Source: Pseudomonadota bacterium
GTDB taxonomy: Bacteria > Bdellovibrionota_G > JALEGL01 > DATDPG01
Reading direction: 5' to 3'
NCBI GenBank assembly: GCA_043804515.1
Contig: JAZDIZ010000051.1
Coordinates: forward strand, 1-39,219
DNA length: 39,219 nt
Shown here: positions 28,347 through 35,902 of the stretch, one piece after another
Position numbering within the stretch: position 1 is the stretch's first letter
Layout of the letters: every line of letters starts with the position of its first letter
Program-made: the position numbers and the translations under genes
Notes under the pieces: model-generated
What the model was told of the DNA's origin: nothing
What the model saw: only the letters and a program-made list of their open reading frames with translations
The model's database searches: none

Positions 28347-30137
28347 ATGGCTACGCGAGAAAAACTGGCGTCGATCCGGCGTCTCATGCAGCGGGAGGGC
28401 CTGACCGCGTATCTGGTCCCGAGCACCGACCCGCACCAGAGCGAATACGTGCCGGCGTGCTGGCAGCGCCGGGCGTACCTGAGCGGATTCACGGGCTCCG
28501 CCGGTGACGTTCTGGTTCTCATGAACAGTGCAGGGCTTTGGACGGACGGCAGGTATTTTCTCCAGGCGGAGAAGCAGCTTCAGGGGACCGGTATCACGCT
28601 TTTCAAGATGGGCGAGTCGGGGATTCCCACGCTCGACCAATTCCTCGCACAGAGCCTGAAGAAGGGGCAGAAGCTCGGTGTCGATCCTCGGGTGATCTCC
28701 CTCTCGGTTGCGGATGCGCTCAAGAAAGCCGTGGAGAGCAACGGAGGCAAGCTGGCGCTCCTCCCCGACAACCTCGTGGACGAAATCTGGCCTTACCGGC
28801 CGGATCTGCCCAGGGGCCGGATCCGTGTTCTCCCGGACCGCTTTTCAGGCGAGGCCACAGCCTCCAAACTCAAGCGTGTCCGGGAGGAAATGAGGAAGCG
28901 CAGCGCCGACGCGCACGTCCTGACCGCATTGGACGCCGTGGCCTGGACGTTCAACGTCCGCGGCTCGGACGTCGACTACAATCCGGTGGTAGTCGGGTAC
29001 GGTCTGATCACGCCCAGAACGGCGCACCTATTTCTTTCGCCGGAAAAAGTTCCCCCCGAAGCGAAAAAGAAACTCGGACCCTTCGTTCAAACGCTGCCGT
29101 ATGCGGAGATCGAAATTGCGCTGCGCCAGTTGGCCAGGGCCAAAGCAAGGGTTTGGGTCGATGGAATCACAGCCAACCGCTGGGTGGTGGACCGTCTACG
29201 CGGCGCGACGCTGATCACGGACCGTTCGCCCGTGGCCTATATGAAGGCCCGGAAGAACCCGACGGAGATCCGGGGGATGAAGAAGGCGCACGTCCGGGAC
29301 GGCGTCGCCATGGTGCGCTTCCTATACTGGCTCGCGGAGAACGTGCCGAGCGGGAGTGTCACGGAACTTTCGGCCGAGACGATCCTGGAGAACTTCCGCC
29401 GGCAGGGGGAAAAATTCGTGGGCCCGAGCTTCCGGACCATTTCCGCTTACGGGGAACACGGCGCCATCATCCATTACGAGGCGGACCAGGAGAGCAACGT
29501 CCCGCTGCACCATTGGGGGATCTATCTCATCGATTCGGGCGGGCAATACCTGGACGGCACGACCGATATCACGCGAACGATTCTCTTGGGTGGGGCTCCC
29601 ACGCGCGAGCAGACGGAACAGTTCACCAGGGTGCTTCAAGGCCACATCCGGCTGGCCGAAGCCCGTTTCCCGTCGGGCGTGCGCGGCTTGCGCCTCGATA
29701 CTTTAGCCCGTGCTCCTTTGTGGGAAGGAGGGCTCGACTACAATCACGGCACGGGGCACGGCGTCGGCGCATTCCTGAGCGTTCACGAAGGGCCGATGTC
29801 GGTCGGCCCCCGGTGCACAGGCGCGCCGATGGAGGAGGGACAGATTCTCTCCAACGAGCCGGGCTATTATAAGGAGGGGGACTACGGGATCCGGATCGAG
29901 AATACGATTCTTGCGGTCCGGGACAAGGAGTTATCCAAGGGTGATAAGACGTGGCTGCGTTTCGAGACGATCTCGTTCTGCCCGATCGAGAGGCGGCTGA
30001 TCGACCGCCGCCTGCTTTCCGAGCGGGAGAAGGCGTGGCTCAACTCCTACCACGCGCGCGTGGAACGAACGCTCTCGCCTTATCTCGACTCCCACGAGCG
30101 CTCCTGGCTCCACCGCGCCTGCAAGAAGGTGTCGTAA
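28347..30137 (+). CDS. Xaa-Pro aminopeptidase (M24B, long form)
   Basis: DPHQSEY, SGFTGSAG, WTDGRYFLQA, DSGGQYLDGTTDITRT, HGTGHGVG..LSVHEGP, SNEPGYY, GIRIEN. Confidence 0.96.
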   Translation: MATREKLASIRRLMQREGLTAYLVPSTDPHQSEYVPACWQRRAYLSGFTGSAGDVLVLMNSAGLWTDGRYFLQAEKQLQGTGITLFKMGESGIPTLDQFLAQSLKKGQKLGVDPRVISLSVADALKKAVESNGGKLALLPDNLVDEIWPYRPDLPRGRIRVLPDRFSGEATASKLKRVREEMRKRSADAHVLTALDAVAWTFNVRGSDVDYNPVVVGYGLITPRTAHLFLSPEKVPPEAKKKLGPFVQTLPYAEIEIALRQLARAKARVWVDGITANRWVVDRLRGATLITDRSPVAYMKARKNPTEIRGMKKAHVRDGVAMVRFLYWLAENVPSGSVTELSAETILENFRRQGEKFVGPSFRTISAYGEHGAIIHYEADQESNVPLHHWGIYLIDSGGQYLDGTTDITRTILLGGAPTREQTEQFTRVLQGHIRLAEARFPSGVRGLRLDTLARAPLWEGGLDYNHGTGHGVGAFLSVHEGPMSVGPRCTGAPMEEGQILSNEPGYYKEGDYGIRIENTILAVRDKELSKGDKTWLRFETISFCPIERRLIDRRLLSEREKAWLNSYHARVERTLSPYLDSHERSWLHRACKKVS

Positions 30138-30139
30138 GA

Positions 30140-30174
30140 GATTCCGGAATCCGGATTCCGGAAACCGGTATCCG
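30140..30174. repeat. five heptamer repeats (GWWWCCG) containing a perfect 22-bp palindrome between convergent genes
   Basis: GATTCCG GAATCCG GATTCCG GAAACCG GTATCCG; TTCCGGAATCCGGATTCCGGAA at 30142-30163. Confidence 0.8.
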
Positions 30175-30176
30175 GC

Positions 30177-30626
30177 TCAAGTCAGAACAACGTCGTCGGG
30201 GAGTTCGTTGCGGTTTCGCGACTTCGGCGGAAAATGCCGGGCCAGAACGTCACCCACCTTTGAAAGAGCGTCCGAGACCCCCTCGAAAAAGTTTTCCGCC
30301 TTGAACGCCTCGCCCATCTCCGCGGCGATCTTTTCCCACGTTCCCTCGGGGACCTTCCGATGAATCCCTTCATCGGCCAGAATCTGAAACTGCCGGTCCC
30401 CCACCAGGACGTAAATGAGGATCCCCGTATGCTCCGCAGTCCGGTGCATTCGAAGCCGGTGGAACTCCCGGATGGCCAACTCGTAAACCGTCTTTTTCTT
30501 CTGCCGCCAGGAACGCTTTTCGTGAAGTGTGACTCGGATCTCCCCGCGGCTTTTATTTTCCTCCTCGGCGATCCGCTGTGAAAGCCGACGAAGTTCCTCG
30601 CGTGTCAGGATCTTGAGCTTGGCCAT
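30177..30626 (-). CDS. TPM domain protein
   Basis: ENKSRGEIRV, TAEHTGILIY, ILADEGI, NELPD; start MAKLKIL follows the upstream stop. Confidence 0.9.
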   Translation of the reverse strand: MAKLKILTREELRRLSQRIAEEENKSRGEIRVTLHEKRSWRQKKKTVYELAIREFHRLRMHRTAEHTGILIYVLVGDRQFQILADEGIHRKVPEGTWEKIAAEMGEAFKAENFFEGVSDALSKVGDVLARHFPPKSRNRNELPDDVVLT

Positions 30627-30627
30627 C

Positions 30628-31371
30628 TCACCACCCTCCGCTCGCTCCGCCCCCGCCGAACGAGCCTCCTCCTCCGGAAAAACCCCCTCCCCCGAATCCT
30701 CCGAACCCGCCGCCGCCAAGGCCTCCAAAACCCCCACCCCAGAACCCGGGGCCACGGCGGTAACCGCCGGACGAAACCCGGTGGCTTCTCACTATGGCCT
30801 GGAGGAACAGGATGATAAACAACAGGGGGAAGAGCATCCTAAGAAGCAGCGCTGCTAACGGGTTTCCGGAACCGCGCGATCTCTCCGGCGTCTTGTACTG
30901 GCCGATGGCCGCGTTCGCGATCGACGTGAGCCCCGCCTGAATCCCGCCGAAATAGTCCCCCGCCCTGAAGCGGGGCGTGATTTCGTGGCGGATGATCTGA
31001 TCGCAAACGGCATCCGGGAGAACGCCTTCCAGGCCGTACCCCACCTCGATCGAGATCTTGCGATCGTTCTTGGCGATCAGAAGGAGAGCGCCGTTGTCCT
31101 TTCCTTTTTGGCCGGCCTTGTTTTTCTGCGCCACGTCCACGCCGAACTCGCGGATTTCCCGCCCTTCAAGGCTCGGAATCAGGAGCGCCACGATCTGATT
31201 CGACGTTTTCGTTTCGAATTCCGAAAGGAACGATTCCAGCTGATCGATTTGCGCCGCCGAAAGCGTGCCGGTCTGATCCGTCACGCGACGGGTCAGCGTA
31301 GGCGCCGCAAGCTCGGCCGCCCACGACGGTGCGCTGACCAAGAGCAGAAGTGCCGCCAGGAATCGCTTCAC
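30628..31371 (-). CDS. TPM domain protein (YgcG-like) with Gly-rich tail
   Basis: VTDQTGTLS, GQKGKDNGALLLIA, IEVGYGLEG, GGGGSFGGGGASGGW. Confidence 0.93.
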   Translation of the reverse strand: MKRFLAALLLLVSAPSWAAELAAPTLTRRVTDQTGTLSAAQIDQLESFLSEFETKTSNQIVALLIPSLEGREIREFGVDVAQKNKAGQKGKDNGALLLIAKNDRKISIEVGYGLEGVLPDAVCDQIIRHEITPRFRAGDYFGGIQAGLTSIANAAIGQYKTPERSRGSGNPLAALLLRMLFPLLFIILFLQAIVRSHRVSSGGYRRGPGFWGGGFGGLGGGGFGGFGGGGFSGGGGSFGGGGASGGW

Positions 31372-31378
31372 GAGCGGC

Positions 31379-31987
31379 CTAGAACTTCACTTGGGGCGGC
31401 TTCTCGGCGCCGGCCTGAGCCTCGAAATACGCTTTCGGTCCGAAGCCGAACATCCCCGCCAGAACGGCTGCCGGGAACCGGCGGATCGAGACGTTGTACC
31501 GTTGCACGATTTCGTTGAACCGCATCCGCTCCACGGAGATGCGGTTTTCCGTTCCCTCCAATTGCGCCTGGAGTTGGAGGAAGTTCTCGTTCGCCTTCAG
31601 GTTCGGGTAATTCTCGGCCACGGCCATCAACCGGCTCAAGGCGGAGCTGAGTTCTCCCTGGACTTTGTCAAAGTTGGCAAGCGCCTTCGGATCTTTGAGC
31701 GTTTCCGGCGTCACTACCATCTGTCCGACCTTGGCCCGCGAGGCGACGACGTTTTCCAACGTCTCCCGCTCGTGCTTCGCGTATCCCTTCACCGTTTCGA
31801 CCAGATTTGGCACCAGGTCCGCGCGCCGCTGGTACTGGTTCTGTACCTGTGCCCAGGCGTTGTTCACGCCCTCGTTCACGGATACGAACCGGTTGTACAT
31901 GGTGACCGAATACAGGGCCGCCACAATGACGAAAAACGCGATGACCCCGAGAACGGAAAGAAGAACGATTGAGGCTTTTGATTTCAT
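31379..31987 (-). CDS. lemA: LemA family protein
   Basis: QYQRRADLVPNLVETVKGYA.HE, ENYPNLKANENF, LEGTENRI. Confidence 0.95.
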   Translation of the reverse strand: MKSKASIVLLSVLGVIAFFVIVAALYSVTMYNRFVSVNEGVNNAWAQVQNQYQRRADLVPNLVETVKGYAKHERETLENVVASRAKVGQMVVTPETLKDPKALANFDKVQGELSSALSRLMAVAENYPNLKANENFLQLQAQLEGTENRISVERMRFNEIVQRYNVSIRRFPAAVLAGMFGFGPKAYFEAQAGAEKPPQVKF

Positions 31988-32074
31988 GCGGGGGAACTTA
32001 ATACGCTCCGCCTTTCCTGTGAAGCCATTCGACAACCGCCCGCACGGCCTTCCTATCCCTGCGTTGCCCGTGGA

Positions 32075-32887
32075 TCATTTGGGACTGGCGTCGTACACCG
32101 ACTTGGAGAAACCCAGGATCGGCACACAAACCATGGGAAGAAAGGCCAGGCCCCACCCGAACAAAGTTCCACGGCCGAAACTGCGCGCGACACCGATATT
32201 CACTACCACCCAGACAATCAAGTTCACTCCGGGGATCAGCAACAGAAAGAACCACCAGTCCGGTTTGCCCGCGATCCGAATCCAGACAAGCGCGTGCCAG
32301 ATTGGGATGAGCGCTTCCCAACCGGCGTGGCCCGCCTTCACGCAGATCTTCCAGAGGCCCGCGATGTTCAACACAAGAACAACCAAAAACGCCATCCAAA
32401 AAGGAATCATGACGAGCCAGAACGCATCGTGAGGCGATTTGAGCCACCCCTGGACAGCACCGAGCTTGTTGAACGGAATCTCCCGCGAGTCTACGATCTG
32501 CGTCTTCTTGGCTCCCTCTGGGTACAAGAGGACAAACACTTCCACCGAGTTCAATTCTGGCGGGACGCGCACGTTGGCGAGCAGTTCGATTTTACCGGCG
32601 CCTTTCGCGATTTCCCGGGATGTCTCTTCCTGCATGACTTTGCTGGAACCTTGAACGATCAGGCTTATGGTGCCCTTCGAGGCACTCGCCAGCTGATACG
32701 CCACGGGAAAATCCAAGTTGAGAACCCGATTCCCCCCTTCGGTCGTCAGCTTCGCTTTAAAATCCCCGATGGAGATGTGATCGAATCCCCGTTCAAGGGC
32801 AAAACTCCGCGGAACGCTAACAGCCAGCATAAGAGCCAAAACAAGCACTGGCGAGACAAGCTTCGTCACGACCGGGCTAATATACAC
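32075..32887 (-). CDS. exported domain fused to a C-terminal DUF5684-like membrane domain
   Basis: Signal peptide, beta-rich region, then WKICVKAGHAGWEALIPIW...KPDWWFFLLLIPGVN...ARSFGRGTLFG. Start uncertain. Confidence 0.75.
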   Translation of the reverse strand: MYISPVVTKLVSPVLVLALMLAVSVPRSFALERGFDHISIGDFKAKLTTEGGNRVLNLDFPVAYQLASASKGTISLIVQGSSKVMQEETSREIAKGAGKIELLANVRVPPELNSVEVFVLLYPEGAKKTQIVDSREIPFNKLGAVQGWLKSPHDAFWLVMIPFWMAFLVVLVLNIAGLWKICVKAGHAGWEALIPIWHALVWIRIAGKPDWWFFLLLIPGVNLIVWVVVNIGVARSFGRGTLFGWGLAFLPMVCVPILGFSKSVYDASPK

Positions 32888-32993
32888 CTAACAGACTGCG
32901 GAAAAACTAGCATCGAAGTCCGCCGCCGGCGCGTCCCAAGCAGAAGAAGGGTTGTTTAGGGGAAGAGGACGAGGCCTCTATCCCGAACCAGGG

Positions 32994-33947
32994 TCAGAGG
33001 CTACTCGAGACCAGCTTGGCTTCGGATTGAAACATCTTTCCTGCAAAATACTGATTGTGCATTCGACACAGGTGCCTGATGTTCTCTTCATTAGATGAGC
33101 CACCCGACCAGTACGGATCCATATGGTCGAATTCAAGAAGGTAGCGGCTTTCGCATCGGCGTCCGCTCTTTGAATCGACATATTCACACTGTCCTTTGGA
33201 TCGATCCCGAACCCTTCGTTTGGCGTCAGCTGCAATATACCGAGTCGGAGGCATGGAGTCGGTTGAGGAATCGGATTCCCTCTTCAACCTTACCGGTAAG
33301 GTTAAGGTCTTCTTCTTGTCCTTCCGGCTCGGATCCTTTTGGCTCAGATAGAAGTCGAGACAAGCCGAAAAGAGTTCGGAAACGCTGCAACGGCCTTTCA
33401 GGTTCCAGAACCTCTCCATGGCTTGCCGGGTCTCTTCGGTGATCGGGAACCTCACTTCGCTGATCTCCGCCGTGATGGGCCGGACCGTCTCGGAAGGAAG
33501 GAGCCTTTCGGGAGATTCTTTAAGCAGGACCTTCTCGGTCTCTCGCTTACTCAATCCCTCAATCCGGTTGACAAGAGATTCCACCTTCTCTGCGGGAACG
33601 GGTTTCGCGTAAGACCGCTCCTCCGCCCGGAGGTGCCTTTCCGCCATAGCCGCTTGTGTCAAAGTGAGCTTTCCTCTCTCCAAAGCCGTTTTCGCCTCGT
33701 CGCTTCGAAACTTGAGGCGCATGGCCGAGATTCGTTCATAGGCCTGGTTTTCGCTGTAGCCCAAGGCCTTTTGGACGTAGTCCCACAAGGACCCGTAGCC
33801 CTTCTCAGCGAAGAGCTTTCTTCGTTCGACCTCATGAAGGTGGGTAAGAAGCTCTAACGTCGTCTGCCGCTCCTTCTTGGCCAGCTCGATTGTCCGCTGG
33901 TGTAGCTCGGAATTCGTCAGCGATTCAAGATTCGCGGAAATGGCCAT
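32994..33947 (-). CDS. HNH endonuclease with N-terminal helical (DUF222-like / HTH-like) domain
   Basis: C-terminal RYIAADAKRRV...CEY...RCESRYLLEFDH..PYWSGG..NEENIRHLCRMHN; N-terminal GYGSLWDYVQKALGYSENQAYERISAMRL; GGGAG RBS. Confidence 0.9.
   Translation of the reverse strand: MAISANLESLTNSELHQRTIELAKKERQTTLELLTHLHEVERRKLFAEKGYGSLWDYVQKALGYSENQAYERISAMRLKFRSDEAKTALERGKLTLTQAAMAERHLRAEERSYAKPVPAEKVESLVNRIEGLSKRETEKVLLKESPERLLPSETVRPITAEISEVRFPITEETRQAMERFWNLKGRCSVSELFSACLDFYLSQKDPSRKDKKKTLTLPVRLKRESDSSTDSMPPTRYIAADAKRRVRDRSKGQCEYVDSKSGRRCESRYLLEFDHMDPYWSGGSSNEENIRHLCRMHNQYFAGKMFQSEAKLVSSSL
33285..33303. repeat. palindromic site, intragenic copy CAACCTTACCGGTAAGGTT
   Basis: 19 bp identical to 34211-34229, with an 18-bp perfect palindromic core. 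Confidence 0.9.
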
Positions 33948-34210
33948 GGCGTTCTCCCTTTTGGGGAGACCCTAACACCTGTTTTTCAAGGCGTTCTTTG
34001 GGGTCTCAGAACTGAGATTGCGGTACGAAATGGAGGGTTTCGCGAAAGAAGCGATTACACGTCACCAGCGGAAAATAGGCGCGGCATAAGGGCTTTGTAG
34101 AGATTGAGGCTTTGGTTTCAAACAATCCGGGCTCGGGTCAGTCAAGAAAAAAAGATAGAAAAAATCACTCTCGTTCATTATTTTTCCACAAAGTTCCGCG
34201 ATTTTTTCAA

Positions 34211-34230
34211 CAACCTTACCGGTAAGGTTG
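34211..34230. repeat. perfect 20-bp palindrome CAACCTTACCGGTAAGGTTG upstream of the HNH gene
   Basis: Directly visible; second copy at 33285-33303. Confidence 0.9.
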
Positions 34231-34494
34231 CCCGACAAATCTCCCCTCTAAACAACCGCTGAGACTTCTGAAGGTCGTCGGCCGACCGACGAGGGGGTCG
34301 CCGACTCCGTCCACCATCACCTGCTCCCAATCCATCTCCCCCTAATCAACTTCTGACATTCCTTCCGAAAACTCCTAGATCCATTGTCAAAACTGGTTCG
34401 ATCCTAAAGATCGGGTTTTTCAGCAACCTGTTAATCCTTTTGTCTCTTCAGGGTCTGCCCAGCTGCAGCGGGTGCCAGCGGGAAAAAATCAGGA

Positions 34495-35817
34495 TTAAGG
34501 TTTGAGGATTGAGGATTGATCCTTAAACGTTTCCGGGCGGGGCGGCCTGAAGAGGGGCTCGTAGTACTTGTAAACCTCTTCCAGATCGATTCGGTTGAAG
34601 AAATTCGAGAAACTCATCCATGTGGCCAGCGCGTTCAAATCCTTGAACGGCATCGGGACATAAGCGGGGGAGACAACATGGCCCTCCGCCATCGCCTGGC
34701 GGAGAATCGGGATGTCCTCCAGCGTGGCCTTCCCGACGAAGAGGCACGGCAGGAGGTCCACCCTCCCGGCCCGTAAGGCCGTGCGCATGAAGTTGTAGAT
34801 GAGAATGAAACCCTTCGTGTAGCAGATATCCTTCGTGAACGGGGCTCCGCGCCCGTCGCCCCCTCGATAGATGCGCTCCGTGGCGTGAAAGGCTTCCCAG
34901 TCGGAATTCTTCTCGGCGCGAAAAAATTCATAAATCTCCAGAACGTTTGCCCCTTTTTCGGCCAAATGCACCGCACGCAGGCGGTTCACGAGTTTTCGGG
35001 CCCGGGACGGAAAGGTCACGAACGAGAAAAGTTCCAGGAGAACGGCCAATCCCTCCTGGATCGCCGTCACACAAGGGGGGCCTTTCGCCAGCCAGGTGGC
35101 ATACGGCTGTTTCTGGCCGTTCAGGGAAGTCCCGAGATGAACCCACCCTTCGTGCACTTCCAGAATTTGAAGATCGCGCTTGGAAAACATACTGCCGCTC
35201 CGGATCTTGACGTAATCCGTCCCCGCGGCGGCGTCTGCCACGATCCCGTCGGACAGGATCGCGCGCACGGGCTGGTCCGGAAAGTAGACCTTGAGCCGTT
35301 TGCCCAGCTCGCGGACCGCGGCTTTCGCCGGGATATTCCGCTCAAAAGACGTCCCCGGGCCTTCGTCGTCAAGGTTTTCGAGGATTTCACCCATCTGTTC
35401 GCCGAAGCGGTAGGCCTGCGTATGTTCGTCCAGGAACGTGTCGAGGCTGGAACCGTACAGCTGCTTGCAGATCTCGTAGAACTTGGGCGTCCCGCGTTCC
35501 TCGAGCATCTGGACCGAAAGCATGTATTGCGAGACGTTTCTCCGAAGGATGCTTCCCAGAGGATCGGCGTCCCCCAAGCGGCGCAGGATCTCCTCATCCA
35601 GCCGGGCCAGTTCGTCGAGCTTCTGGGCGGAATGAAAGCCGAGCGGATTCCGCGCATAGTATGCGGGGCCCAGATCGGGAAGCTCCTTGTAGTGGGTTTT
35701 CTGAAGGAACGTAAGAACGGTCTCGTCCCACTTGATGGCGTCCAGGATACGAATCGGCCTTTCGGCCTCCAAGAGCTTATCGGAGAGCTCGCGCAGTTCC
35801 TTCCGGTACTCCTGCAT
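34495..35817 (-). CDS. QEGLA-motif / DUF1704 (MATCAP-like) metallopeptidase
   Basis: HEGWVH (HExxxH), QEGLA, PFTKD.CY.KGF. Confidence 0.9.
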   Translation of the reverse strand: MQEYRKELRELSDKLLEAERPIRILDAIKWDETVLTFLQKTHYKELPDLGPAYYARNPLGFHSAQKLDELARLDEEILRRLGDADPLGSILRRNVSQYMLSVQMLEERGTPKFYEICKQLYGSSLDTFLDEHTQAYRFGEQMGEILENLDDEGPGTSFERNIPAKAAVRELGKRLKVYFPDQPVRAILSDGIVADAAAGTDYVKIRSGSMFSKRDLQILEVHEGWVHLGTSLNGQKQPYATWLAKGPPCVTAIQEGLAVLLELFSFVTFPSRARKLVNRLRAVHLAEKGANVLEIYEFFRAEKNSDWEAFHATERIYRGGDGRGAPFTKDICYTKGFILIYNFMRTALRAGRVDLLPCLFVGKATLEDIPILRQAMAEGHVVSPAYVPMPFKDLNALATWMSFSNFFNRIDLEEVYKYYEPLFRPPRPETFKDQSSILKP

Positions 35818-35902
35818 GGACGAAGAATATCACACCGCGTTTCCCGTGCACGGACGTTGCCACCGCCGGGTTCAACGGGTACCATAAACGTCTCTCCCGG
35901 AT

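Larger units (their letters stand above)
32889..34433. mobile_element. putative non-autonomous IR-bounded element carrying an HNH nuclease
   Basis: TAACAGACTGCGGAAAAAC (32889-32907) and GTTTTTCAGCAACCTGTTA (34415-34433) form a 16/19 inverted pair; inner pair GGTTGTTTAG (32950-32959) / CTAAACAACC (34248-34257); no transposase. Confidence 0.45.

Noticed and set aside
34182..34190. TTTTCCACA matches the DnaA-box consensus
   Set aside because: A single 9-mer in an AT-rich patch, with no box cluster or dnaA context; not evidence of an origin.
33285..34230. Palindrome pair read as a CRISPR mini-array
   Set aside because: Only two copies ~925 nt apart, one of them intragenic; no spacer periodicity and no cas genes.
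34217..34335. Short ~39-codon minus-strand ORF (MDWEQVMVDG...) ending in the palindrome
   Set aside because: Short, no recognisable motif, RBS too close to the ATG; cannot be supported as an antitoxin or immunity gene.
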